This document shows, piece after piece, positions 9,332-21,600 of a DNA stretch of 64,000 bases. Location: NCBI GenBank assembly GCA_963751275.1, contig CAVVTZ010000007.1, positions 864,001 through 928,000 on the forward strand. Reading direction: 5' to 3'. The first letter of the stretch is position 1. Every line of letters begins with the position of its first letter. A program made the position numbers and the translations under genes. Origin of the DNA: an uncultured Gemmatimonadaceae bacterium. Its GTDB lineage: Bacteria; Gemmatimonadota; Gemmatimonadetes; Gemmatimonadales; Gemmatimonadaceae. The notes beneath the pieces are model-generated. The model was given only the letters and a program-made list of their open reading frames with translations. It had not been told where the DNA came from and did no database searches.

Positions 9332-10215
9332 TTCTCCGCCACGTGCTCGGGGATCGTGATCTGGATCTGGGCGCCGGGGAAATTCGGCAGCTTCTCTTCG
9401 AGCGGCACGTCGTCGTCCCAGGAAGGCACGATGGCGATTCTAGCGGTTCCGGAGCGAACAGACAACTTGCCTTGCCATCTTCCAATGTAACGACGCACGC
9501 CCGCCAGGCCTTGACCGCGGCCCGGATCCTGGAACCGGGACACGCCGCGCAGCACCGCTTCCTCGAGCGCGCGGCCGTCGCCCCACCGTTCGTCCAGGCG
9601 CCGGCCGTGCGCGCTCTCGAGCGACTGCCGGAATCCGATGCCGGCGTCGCACACCGCGATGACCACCACGCGCCGTCCCTGCAGCCGCTTCTTCCAGGTG
9701 TACGTCTGCACCGCGACCCAGCCGCCGCGTCCCGCGTGCTCCACGATGTTCTGGCACGCTTCGCTCAGCGTCATCGCGAATCCCATCGTCGCTTTCGGAT
9801 CGACGTTCAGTTCCTTCACGAGGATCTGCGTCGCCTTCTGCTGGATGCGGCCCACGACCTCGTGCACGTCGTCGCTCTTGGCGATCGGCGTGATCTCGAG
9901 CAGCACGCTGCTCTCGCCGCCGCGCGCACGCGGCACCTTGCCGACGAAATCGTACAGCTCCGCGGCGTGCGTGAAGAAGCCGGTGCGCGCCCAGTAGCCG
10001 GCGGTGTCGTCGGCCTCGGGCGGAATGAACTCGGCGCGCGCGCCGCGCGACTGCGCGAGCGTCAGGAGCGCGGTGAGTCCGTACGGGCTGGCCCAGCGCG
10101 TGTGGCGCGCATCGACGACGAACTTCTCATCCAGGGCGAGCGGCGCGACCTGCTCGAGCACATGCTCGAACGTCTTGTCATCAAGAGAGGGCGGAACGTT
10201 GACGACAGCGGTCAT
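9328..10215 (-). CDS. STAS-like + HATPase_c (anti-sigma/Ser kinase-like) ATP-binding protein
   Basis: N-box SEACQNIVEHA, G1 CDAGIG, G2 GRGQGL, GAQIQITIP; no HisKA domain. Confidence 0.8.
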   Translation of the reverse strand: MTAVVNVPPSLDDKTFEHVLEQVAPLALDEKFVVDARHTRWASPYGLTALLTLAQSRGARAEFIPPEADDTAGYWARTGFFTHAAELYDFVGKVPRARGGESSVLLEITPIAKSDDVHEVVGRIQQKATQILVKELNVDPKATMGFAMTLSEACQNIVEHAGRGGWVAVQTYTWKKRLQGRRVVVIAVCDAGIGFRQSLESAHGRRLDERWGDGRALEEAVLRGVSRFQDPGRGQGLAGVRRYIGRWQGKLSVRSGTARIAIVPSWDDDVPLEEKLPNFPGAQIQITIPEHVAEK

Positions 10216-11182
10216 CGCGAGCTGATCTCTCCGCGCAAGTGACGAGTGAGTCCGGTGGCGCCGCGGTGCGCGACGTTGCGAGCGGCCGCGGCGTGCGCGG
10301 CGTCGATCGACTGACGTAAGGTATCACCGTGCAGCAGCCGGGAGAAACAGGTCGCGCCCCACACGTCACCGCAGCCGGTGGGATCTCCCTCTTGACGCAG
10401 CGCATCCACGCTCACGAGTTCGGTGCGGATCGGCCCGGTGCCCGCGGCGCCGCGGTCGAGTTGCGGCGCGCGTGTCAAGTCGCGCAGACGGTCGAAGCCC
10501 GGCGCCGCGAAATACACCGCGCCGCGCGGGCCGAGCGTCACGAACAGCGCGCGCACGCCCTGCGCGAGCGCGGTGGCCGCGAGCGCCATCGGGTCCGGCG
10601 CCGACGCGGTGACTTCCTCGTCGTTCATCTGCAGCAGGTCGAAGCATCGGCACCACTCGGCGGCGTTCGGCAGCGGGCGCAGCGCGCGCCATCCCTCGGG
10701 CTGCACGGCCATCACGAGCATGTGCAGGTCGCAGTAGATCGGACCTTTGAAATGCTGGCGCAGCAGCTGCGCGGTCTCGAGGTCGAGCTCCCACCCCGAG
10801 AGGAAATTGATGTAGAGCGCGTCGATGTCTTTCAGAAGCGGCTTGAGTCCCAGCCACGTCCAGCCGGGCAATCCGCCGGTGAGCTTCTCGCAGCGCCGCT
10901 CGCTGGATTCGTAGACGATCTCGACGCGATTGTTCGGCTGCGCCACTTCGATGAGCGCGGCGTCGGGCGCGATGTGCGCGAGCGATGCGCGTGAACTCAC
11001 GCGCGCGCGACGCGAGATCGCTGCCCACTTTGATGAGCGGCACGATCTGCCACTCTGCATCCAGCGCCGCGTCGAGCGCCGCGAGGGAGTAGGTGATGCC
11101 GCCCCATTCCTCGAACGGGCTTGATCCCGCGGCCGTGGATCGTGTCCCACACGAATGTGCCTATTACGCCGAGCCGTTTCAC
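10212..11182 (-). CDS. PfkB/ribokinase-family carbohydrate kinase (frameshifted near N-terminus)
   Basis: VKRLGVIGTFVWDTIHGR start, QMNDEE, VTLGPRG and DPTGCGDVWG signature; frames switch around 11130-10980. Confidence 0.8.
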
Positions 11183-11234
11183 TATCGCTCCGACCAACGG
11201 AGAGATGACGCGGTCCCTGACGGGATATCCGGTG

Positions 11235-11326
11235 CAATCATGTCAATCATGTTAATCCTGTCAGATGCTCTTGCCAGTCACTTCTGGGAACTGCATTTGA
11301 CAGGATGAACATGATGAACATGATTG
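11235..11326. repeat. 9-bp-periodic palindromic element, family copy 1
   Basis: caatcatgtcaatcatgttaatcctgtca ... tgacaggatgaacatgatgaacatgattg inverted arms. Confidence 0.85.
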
Positions 11327-11341
11327 TGATTGACTAACGAC

Positions 11342-12331
11342 TCACAGCGTTCCACGCTGCTGTTTGAACGTCGCGACCGCTCCGACCATGCCCGCGCTTC
11401 CTTCCAATTCACCCGGCACGATGCGGCATGCGGCGACGGCGGGGCGGAAGGCGCGGCGCTTCACTTCGGCGCGCAGCGGCTCGAAGAGGCGCTCGCCGGC
11501 CTTGGTCACGCCGCCGGTGATCACCACCACGTCGGGATTCAGGATGTTCAGCAGGTTCGCGATGCCGGTGCCGAGGAATCGCGCGGTGTCGCGCACGATC
11601 TCGAGCGCGAGCGCGTCACCCTGGTTCGCGCCCTCGTACACGGTGGCGGCGGTGAGCTGCGCGAGATCGCCGCCCGACATCTTGCGCAGCGCGCTCTGCT
11701 CATCGCGCTCGAGCGCCTCGCGTGCGCGCTGCGCGATCGCGGGTCCGCTCGCGTACGCCTCCAGACAGCCGTAGTTGCCGCAGCGGCAATAGCGGCCCGT
11801 GGAATCGATGGTGGTGTGCCCGATCTCTCCCGCCACGTCGGACGATCCGTGATACAGCTTTCCCTCCAGGATCACGCCGCCGCCGATGCCGGTGCCGATC
11901 GTCACGCCCACCACGTTGCGCGCGCCCTTCGCGGCGCCGCGCCACCACTCGCCCACGGTGGCGCAGTTCGCGTCGTTGTCGAGCGTCACCGGCAGGCGAA
12001 TGCGCTCGAAGATCGCATCGCGCAGCGGGAAGTCGTGCCAGCCGAGGTTCGGCGCGATCACCACGATCCCCTTCTCGCGGTCGAGCGGACCGGGCGCGCC
12101 CACGCCGATGCCCAGGAAGTCCGAGGCCTGCGCCTTCTCACTCGCGAGGACGTCGGAGATGGTGCGCGTGATGAGCGCGACGATGCGGTCCACGACGCCT
12201 TCGGCGCCGCGCTGCGCATGCGTCGGCTCGGAGCGCACGGCGATCTCGCGGCTCCCGTCTTCGGGCATCGCGCCGACCACGATGTTCGTGCCGCCGAGGT
12301 CGACGCCGACGATGAATTTCTGGTTTGGCAT
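11342..12331 (-). CDS. glk: ROK-family sugar kinase (glucokinase-like)
   Basis: GVDLGGT, DNDANCA, GTGIGGG and GEIGH...CRCGNYGCLEAYASG motifs. Confidence 0.88.
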   Translation of the reverse strand: MPNQKFIVGVDLGGTNIVVGAMPEDGSREIAVRSEPTHAQRGAEGVVDRIVALITRTISDVLASEKAQASDFLGIGVGAPGPLDREKGIVVIAPNLGWHDFPLRDAIFERIRLPVTLDNDANCATVGEWWRGAAKGARNVVGVTIGTGIGGGVILEGKLYHGSSDVAGEIGHTTIDSTGRYCRCGNYGCLEAYASGPAIAQRAREALERDEQSALRKMSGGDLAQLTAATVYEGANQGDALALEIVRDTARFLGTGIANLLNILNPDVVVITGGVTKAGERLFEPLRAEVKRRAFRPAVAACRIVPGELEGSAGMVGAVATFKQQRGTL

Positions 12332-12426
12332 TCTTCAGCGGGTGATGGAAAGTCTCAGAAGAGTCACGTTCGGGACTTGGGACTCGGGATTCGGTTCGGG
12401 CCGATGGCCGATGACGCGAGGTCAGG

Positions 12427-12517
12427 CAATCATGTCAATCATGTTCATCCTGTCTCAGGCCGTTGCGTTGCATTTCCTGGAACTGCATTGGACAGGATGA
12501 ACATGATCGACATGATG
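12427..12517. repeat. 9-bp-periodic palindromic element, family copy 2
   Basis: caatcatgtcaatcatgttcatcctgtc ... gacaggatgaacatgatcgacatgatg. Confidence 0.85.
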
Positions 12518-12552
12518 TTCTCCTGCCGAGAAATGTGCGATCCACGAATCGC

Positions 12553-13659
12553 CTATTTGGCGGCCGAAGCGTCGAAGATCCCGTCAACGAGCGCCTCGAC
12601 TTGATCCACCGGCAGATCGCGCATGCATTTCCAGTGCGTGAGTGGGCAGGTGGGTGGGCCGTGGTGGTGGCACGGGCGGCAGGGGAGATCGGGCAGCTCC
12701 GCGATCTGTGAATGCGGCGCGAGGGGGCCGAAGCCGAAGGCCGGCACGGTCGGGCCGAAGATGGCGATCGTGGGGGTGTTCATCGCGCTCGCCAGGTGCT
12801 GCGGCGAGGAATCGTTCGTGATCAGCAACCGCGCGCGCGCGAGCAGCTCGGATGATCCGAGCAGACTCAGCTTGCCGGTGGCGTCCAGCGCCATGCCCGG
12901 CTCGGCCGCCGCGACGATGGCGGCTGCCAGCTCGGCGTCGTCCGGGCCGCCCACCACCACCAGTTTGTGCCGCCGGGAAAGGCGGGAAGCGAGCATACTA
13001 TAGTAGGGCCAGCGCTTGGTTCCCCAAACAGAACCCGGCGCTATCGCGATCAACGACTCGTGCGCCCACGCGCCGAGCACCGCGTCCACGGCGCTCTGTT
13101 CCGCGGCGCCCGGGTAGAGGCGCGGCCGCAACGCGCCCTCCGGCGGCTCCACATTCGGGTTCGACGGGAAGGCCAGCCGCCACAAGCGCTCGGCGTGGTG
13201 GCGGTCGTTCCGCCGGATCACGCGCATCGTGTAGAACAGACGGCCCGGCGCATCGGCGAAGCCCACGCGCTCATCGTATCCGGCGAGCGCGGCGAGCGCC
13301 GCCGTGCGCAGCGACCCCTGCGCGATGTACGCGATGCTCCGCGATGCCCTCCGCGAACGCATCGCCTCGCGCAGCCGCTGCGCGACGCGATGCAGTCCTG
13401 TGGCGCCCGAATCCTCGCCGCGCTTGTCGTAGATGTGGAGCGTGCGGATGTGCGGATTGTTCTTGAGAACCGGTGCGGCCGCCGGCGTGGTGAGCACGTC
13501 CACCGGGCCGCGCATCGCGAGTTCGGTGATGAGCGGCGTGGTGAGCACCGCATCGCCGAGGAAGCTCGTCTGCAGCACCAGCTGCTCCACGACGAGCGGT
13601 GGATCGAGCACGCGTTGCCGCTGGACCGCAGGAAGCTCGGCCGTCGGCGTCGCGGTCAT
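12553..13659 (-). CDS. waaF: Glycosyltransferase family 9, LPS heptosyltransferase II-like
   Basis: QTSFLGDAVLTTP, APGSVWGTKRWP, TNDSSPQHLA and IFGPT motifs. Confidence 0.82.
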   Translation of the reverse strand: MTATPTAELPAVQRQRVLDPPLVVEQLVLQTSFLGDAVLTTPLITELAMRGPVDVLTTPAAAPVLKNNPHIRTLHIYDKRGEDSGATGLHRVAQRLREAMRSRRASRSIAYIAQGSLRTAALAALAGYDERVGFADAPGRLFYTMRVIRRNDRHHAERLWRLAFPSNPNVEPPEGALRPRLYPGAAEQSAVDAVLGAWAHESLIAIAPGSVWGTKRWPYYSMLASRLSRRHKLVVVGGPDDAELAAAIVAAAEPGMALDATGKLSLLGSSELLARARLLITNDSSPQHLASAMNTPTIAIFGPTVPAFGFGPLAPHSQIAELPDLPCRPCHHHGPPTCPLTHWKCMRDLPVDQVEALVDGIFDASAAK

Positions 13660-13662
13660 CGG

Positions 13663-15459
<1,797 letters not shown>

Positions 15460-15521
15460 TCGATTCCCGGGGTATGCGACACGAGCTGCGGCGACGAAGA
15501 AATATAGCGGCGCGCCGCTTC

Positions 15522-15897
15522 GGGCGCCCGGCGGGCCGCCTGACGCGCCAGTCGCTCCGTAACTCGCGCACTGGCGCGCGCGAGTTCCTCGCTGAGCGCT
15601 GCGGCGGCCCGCCGGGGCGCCCTCGCTGCCGGGATCGCGAATGGAGCGACGTCGTTCAGCCCGTGGTTCCCAGTCTGGACCGGCGCGATGTCGTTCGGTC
15701 CGTGAACTCGACGCACGCGGCGGGCACGACTGCCGCCGCGGAGGGTATCGATCATCAGTCCTCGCGCGGGCAAGATGCTCGGCCGCTCGGAAGGCCCGGG
15801 CGGGCCGCCGCAGCGCTCAGCGAGGAACTCGCGCGCGTCAGTGCGCGAGTTACGGAGCGACTGGCGCGTCAGGCGGCTCGCCCGGGCCTTCCGAGCG
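15522..15897. repeat. Pair of ~100-bp self-palindromic elements in inverted orientation (REP/MITE-like)
   Basis: 15522-15622 and 15784-15897 are near reverse complements over ~80 bp and each folds on itself. Confidence 0.8.
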
Positions 15898-15958
15898 TGC
15901 GCGATGATTGCCCCTACTCGCGTGGCTGTCTAGTTTGAACGCCTCCCCCTGCTACGAC

Positions 15959-16867
15959 ATGGAACTCCATCGCCGCGCCGATCTGTTGGATCCCGCCACG
16001 ATCGCGGCGCTCGGGCGCATCGAGGTCGTCGCGCGTTGGGTCGTGGACGGGTTCCTCACCGGGCTGCATCGGTCGCCACGCAAGGGATTCTCGGTGGAGT
16101 TCGCGGAGCACCGGCCTTACCAGCCGGGCGACGAGCCGCGCACGCTCGACTGGAAGATCGCGGCGCGCTCGGACCGGCTCGTCGTGAAGCAGTTCGAGGA
16201 GGAGACCAATCTCCGCGCGACGATCATCCTCGACGTGAGCCGCTCGATGGCGTGGACCGGCGACCGGGCGCGGCTCACCAAGCTCGCGTACGCGGAGCGT
16301 CTCGCCGCGGCGCTCGCGCTCCTGCTGCTGCGCCAGCGCGATGCAGTGGGTCTCATCCGATTCGATGCGGAAGTGCGCACCGCGATCGCGCCGCGCGCGC
16401 GCGTCGGACAATGGAAGCGGCTCGTCGCGTCGCTCGACGATCCGGGCGCGGGGCGCGCGACGCGCGCGGGCGCGGCGTTCGCGCAGGCGGGGCGGCTCGT
16501 GCCGCGGCGCGGGTTGATCGTGCTCATCTCCGATCTCCTGCTCGAACCCGAAGACGTCCTGGGCCCGGTGCGCGCGCTGCGGAAGGCGGGGCATCAGGTG
16601 ACGGTGCTGCAGGTGCTCGATCCGGCGGAGCGCGATCTTGGCGCCTCCGCGGGCGAAGCGCTGTTCGTGGATCCGGAGAGCGACCTCACCGTGCCGGCGA
16701 GCGTCGCCGATGTGCGCGCGGCGTATCGCGCCACGGTGGAGCAGGCGCTCGGCGAATGGCGCGAGCAGCTCGCGCGCGCGGGCGCGACGCACGTGATCGT
16801 GGGCACCGACGCGCCGTTCGGCGTGCCGCTGCGCCGCGCCTTCGCCGCGCGGCAGCAGCTGCCGTGA
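15959..16867 (+). CDS. DUF58 domain protein (MoxR-associated, VWA-like)
   Basis: GLHRSPRKGFSVEFAEHRPYQPGD, DWK, VKQFEEETN, DVSRSM motifs. Confidence 0.9.
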   Translation: MELHRRADLLDPATIAALGRIEVVARWVVDGFLTGLHRSPRKGFSVEFAEHRPYQPGDEPRTLDWKIAARSDRLVVKQFEEETNLRATIILDVSRSMAWTGDRARLTKLAYAERLAAALALLLLRQRDAVGLIRFDAEVRTAIAPRARVGQWKRLVASLDDPGAGRATRAGAAFAQAGRLVPRRGLIVLISDLLLEPEDVLGPVRALRKAGHQVTVLQVLDPAERDLGASAGEALFVDPESDLTVPASVADVRAAYRATVEQALGEWREQLARAGATHVIVGTDAPFGVPLRRAFAARQQLP

Positions 16868-18681
16868 TCGCGTTCCTCTCGCCGGTGTGGCTGCTCGCCG
16901 CCCTCGCCGCGGCGGTGCCGCTCGTGATCCATCTGATGCGCCGGCGCATCGGCGCGCGCCTGGAATTCCCGGCGGTGCGCTGGCTCGAGCGCGCCGAACG
17001 CGAACACAGCCGCTCGCTCAAGCTGCGGAACCTGCTGCTCATGCTGCTGCGCGTGGCGGCCGTGTTGACGCTCGCGCTCGCGGCGGCGCGTCCGGTGGCG
17101 CGCATCGGCGGACCCGGGTTCCTCCATGCGCCCACCGCGGTCGCGATCGTGCTCGACAATTCGCTGAGCACCACGGCGATCGTGAACGGCCGTCCGGTGC
17201 TGGACGATCTCAAGGCCCGCGCGCTGGCGGTCGCCGCGCGTGCCTCCGGCGATGACCGGCTCTGGCTCGTCACCGCCGATGGCACGGTGAACGGCGGCTC
17301 GCGGGGCGCGGTGAGATCGCGCATCGCGCAGGCGCCGCCTCTCGCCGGCGCCGGCCAGCTCGAGAGCGCGGTGGAACAGGCGGCCGCGCTCGTCGCGGCG
17401 AGCCCGCTCGCCGACCGCGAGCTGGTGATCCTCACCGACGCGCAGGCCACCACGTGGGCCGCGCCCGTCGCGCTCGGCGACGTGCGCGTTTCCATATACC
17501 GGCCGGCCGGCGCGCCGCCGCCGGACCACGCGGTGATCATGGCGGCCGCCGAGCCGGCGCGCTGGACGCCGCGCGGCGCCGTGCAGGCGCGTGTCCGCGC
17601 GCCGGATTCCGTGACGTACCGCATCGAGCTGGGCTCGCGCACGCTGGCGCGCGGCACCGCCGGCCCGGACGGCGAGATCTTCGTGCGCGCGGCGCCGCCG
17701 GAGCTGGGATGGATCGCCGGCCTGGTGGAACTCGAGCCCGACGAACTGCGCGGCGACGACGCCCGCCATTTCGCCGTGTGGATCGGCGCGCCGCCGGCGG
17801 TGCGCGTCGACACGTCGGCCGGCATGTTCGCGCGCACCGCGATCGACGCGCTCGCGCAGGCCGGCCGCGTGACCGCCGGCAGCGCGATCACGATCGCCTC
17901 CGCCGACGCGGCGCAATCGCTGCCCGCGCTCCTCACGGCGCCGTCGGACCCCGTGCGCATCGGCGCCGCGAATCGCGCGCTCGAGCGGCTCGGAGTTCCG
18001 TGGCGCTTCGGCGACGCGCGCCGCGGCGCTGCGGCCGCGAGTGCGCCGGCGGGCGTGACCGTGCAGCTCCGCTACACGCTCGCGCGCGCCGGCGGCGCTG
18101 CGGCGGCGGCGAGTGACACCGTCGCGCTCGCGGGCGGAGAACCGTGGATCGTGCGCGGGCCCGGTTACGTGCTCATCGCGAGCCCGCTCACGCCCGATGC
18201 CACCGACTTCCCCGTGCGCGCGTCGTTCGTCCCGTGGATCGCCGATGCGCTGGCGCAGGACCTCGGGACGCAGGGGCGCGTGATCGAGGCCGCGCCGCTC
18301 GCGCGCGTCGCGCGTCCCGTGAACGCCGAGGCGCTCGAATCGCCGGCGGGCACGCGCGCGCCGCTGGACGGCGACTCGCTCGACGTGCCCGGCGAGCCTG
18401 GCGTCTACTGGTTCATCCGGTCCGGCGCGCGCGCCGGCGCGCTCGTGGTGGATGCCGCGCCCGGCGAGAGCGACCTCGCGCGCCTCGACAGCGTGACGCT
18501 CGCATCGCGCGTCACGGCGCGCGACGTTGCCGTCGTCACGGACAGCGCCATCTTCGCCGCCGCGACGTTCGCGTCCGCGCCGCGGCGCGCGGTGGGTGGC
18601 TGGCTGCTCGGCATCGCGCTCGCGCTGCTGCTCGTCGAGGGCGCGATCACCGCCGCGGGCCGCCGCGTGGACGCCGCGTAG
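16864..18681 (+). CDS. BatA N-terminal domain + VWA-like membrane protein
   Basis: FLSPVWLLAALAAAVPLVIHL...LLLMLLRVAA..LALAAARP, then DNSLS and ILTDAQ; C-terminal TM helix. Confidence 0.8.
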   Translation: MIAFLSPVWLLAALAAAVPLVIHLMRRRIGARLEFPAVRWLERAEREHSRSLKLRNLLLMLLRVAAVLTLALAAARPVARIGGPGFLHAPTAVAIVLDNSLSTTAIVNGRPVLDDLKARALAVAARASGDDRLWLVTADGTVNGGSRGAVRSRIAQAPPLAGAGQLESAVEQAAALVAASPLADRELVILTDAQATTWAAPVALGDVRVSIYRPAGAPPPDHAVIMAAAEPARWTPRGAVQARVRAPDSVTYRIELGSRTLARGTAGPDGEIFVRAAPPELGWIAGLVELEPDELRGDDARHFAVWIGAPPAVRVDTSAGMFARTAIDALAQAGRVTAGSAITIASADAAQSLPALLTAPSDPVRIGAANRALERLGVPWRFGDARRGAAAASAPAGVTVQLRYTLARAGGAAAAASDTVALAGGEPWIVRGPGYVLIASPLTPDATDFPVRASFVPWIADALAQDLGTQGRVIEAAPLARVARPVNAEALESPAGTRAPLDGDSLDVPGEPGVYWFIRSGARAGALVVDAAPGESDLARLDSVTLASRVTARDVAVVTDSAIFAAATFASAPRRAVGGWLLGIALALLLVEGAITAAGRRVDAA

Positions 18682-21600
18682 TGCTCACCGCACTGCTCGA
18701 CGCCGTCGAGGCGCTCCCGCTCTTCGCGCGCCTCGCCGGTTCGCTCCCCGCGCCGCGCGCCCGCACCACCGCCGGCGGATTGCCCGGCTCCAGCGATGCC
18801 GCGCTCGCCGCGGCGCTCTCGCGCGGCGCCGGCTCCGGCCGCGTCTTCATGGTGGTCACCGCCACGATCGCCGAGGCCGAGCGCTGGCTCGCGGACCTCG
18901 AGGCGCTGCTCGGCGCCGGCGGCGCCGCGCTCTACCCGCCGCGCGAAGGATTCGGCGAGATCGAGCCGCATCTCGAGGTCGCCGGCGAGCGCGTCGAGAC
19001 ACTCGAGCGTCTCGCGCGCGGCGAGGTGCGCATGCTCGTGACCACCGCGCGCGCGGTGCTCGAGCGCACGCGGCTCCCCAGCGTGGTGCGCACCGCGCGG
19101 CTCGAGCTCAAGGTGGGCGACGCGCACCGCCTCGAGTCGCTCGCGGACCACCTGCGCGCCGTGGGCTTCGAGCAGGTGCCGCTCGTGGACGAAGTCGCGC
19201 AGTTCTCGGTGCGCGGCGGCATTGTGGACATCTACAGCTTCGGCATGGCCGGCCCCGTACGCCTGGAGTTCTTCGGCGATGAGATCGCCTCGCTCCGCCA
19301 CTTCGACATCGCGACGCAGCTCTCCACGCGCGACGCCGAGCGTGCGGTGGTGCTGCCGGTGGAAGCGCCGGCGCGCGCCGAGGACGATGAACGGGAACTC
19401 CCGGCGTCCGCCGGCGAGCGCGGCGCGCTCACCGATCTGCTGCCGCCCGACGCGCTGCTCATTCTTCCCTCGCATGCGCATCTCGAGCCCGAGATGCGGC
19501 GCGCGTGGGACGAAGCGCAGCATCACGCGGAGCTCGCGCGCCGCCGCGGCGAGGACACGCCGGGCCGCGACGAACTCTTCCGCTCGCCCGCGGACGCGCT
19601 CGGCGATCTCGCCGCCTTCGGCACGATCGCCGTGGTCGAGCGCAGTGCCGACCCCGAGGCGGAGCCGGCGCAATTCCTCTTTCCGCTGCGCCCGCCGGAG
19701 CCGGTGGAGCGCGACATCAAGCGGCTGCGCCGCCTCGTGGACGATGGGATGCCCACGATCATCCTCTGCGACAACGCGGGGCAGGCCGAGCGCCTCGATG
19801 AATTGCTGAGCGAGAGCGCGGCGCGCCCGTCGAGCGCGGGGCTCGCGGTGGGCGTGCTCGACGGCGGCTTCGTGGTTCCGCCCGCCGGCGGTCACGCCGG
19901 CCTGCGCGTGCTCACCGACCACGAGATCTTCCGGCGCGAGCGCCGCATCCGCCGCGCGCGCCGCTATGCCAGCGGCGCCGCCGGCGCGGTGAACGTCGCC
20001 GCGCTCCTCGCCGGTGACTACGTGGTGCATCTCGAGCACGGCGTGGGGATCTTCCGCGGCATCGAGCGCATCTTCGTGGGCGAGAGCACGATCGAGGCGG
20101 CGGTCATCGAGTACGAAGGGGGCGACCGGCTCAACGTGCCGCTGTATCGCATCGACCAGATCGAGCGCTACCGCGCGGCGCGCGACACCGACGATGATTC
20201 CCCGCCGCCGCGCCTGCACAAGCTGGGCGGCCGCAGCTGGGCGCGCCAGCGCGACCGCACGCGCGCCGCGCTCCAGGAGATGACCGAGGAACTGCTCGTG
20301 CTCTACGCGCGCCGCCGCGTCGCCTCCAAGCAGCCCGCGCATCCCGACGGCAGCTGGCAGCGGCAACTCGAGTCGAGCTTCCTCTTCGAGGACACGCCCG
20401 ACCAGCGGCGCGCGACGGTGGAGGTGAAGCGCGACATGGAATCGCCGCGACCGATGGACCGCCTGCTCGTGGGCGATGTCGGCTACGGAAAAACCGAGAT
20501 CGCCGTGCGCGCCGCCTTCAAGGCGGTGCAGTCCGGCCGCCAGGTGGCCGTGCTCGTGCCCACGACGATCCTCGCCGAGCAGCACGGCCGCACCTTCGGC
20601 GACCGCCTCGCCGATTTCCCGATCAAGATCGCCACGCTCTCGCGCTTCCAGAGCGCCAAGGAGCAGGCCGCCGTGCTCGTTGCGCTCGCGGCCAAGCAGA
20701 TCGACATCGTCATCGGCACGCACCGCCTGCTCAGCCCCGACGTGAAATTCGCCGACCTCGGCCTCGTCATCGTCGATGAAGAACACCGGTTCGGGGTCAA
20801 GCACAAGGAACGCCTCAAGCAGCTCAAGCTCGAGACCGACGTGCTCACGCTCACCGCCACGCCCATCCCGCGCACGCTCCATCAATCGCTCGCCGGCCTG
20901 CGCGACATGACCGTGATCGAAACGCCGCCGCGCGACCGTTCGCCGGTGCTCACCTTCGTCGAGCCGTGGGATGACGGACTCATCGAGGAAGGGATCGCGC
21001 GCGAGCTGGATCGCGGCGGCCAGGTCTTCTTCGTGCACAACCGCATCGAGACGATCGAAGCGATCGCCGATCATGTGCGCCGTCTCGCCCCGCGCGCGGC
21101 GGTGGCCGTGGCGCACGGGCAGATGCGCGAGCGCGATCTGGACGATGTGATGCGCCGCTTCGTGGCGGGCGAGATCACGGTGCTCGTCAGCACGCTCATC
21201 GTCGAATCAGGCCTGGACGTGCCCAATGCGAACACGATGTTCGTGAGCCGCGCCGATCACCTGGGCCTCGCGCAACTCTACCAGCTCCGCGGCCGCGTGG
21301 GCCGCTCGCACCGCCGCGCCTACTGCTACCTGCTCGTGCCCGACGAAGTGGACCCCGATGCGGAGCGCCGCCTGGAAGTGCTCGAGCATCACACCGAGCT
21401 CGGCGCCGGCTACCGCGTGGCGATGAAGGACCTCGAGATGCGCGGGGCGGGGAATCTGCTCGGCCCCGAGCAGAGCGGCTTCGTGCAGGCGGTGGGCTTC
21501 GAGCTGTATCTCAAGATGCTCGAGCAGACGGTGCATCGCGTGATGCGCGGCCCCGACGCGCCCGCCATCATCCCGGCGGACGTGACGCTCGACGCGCCGA

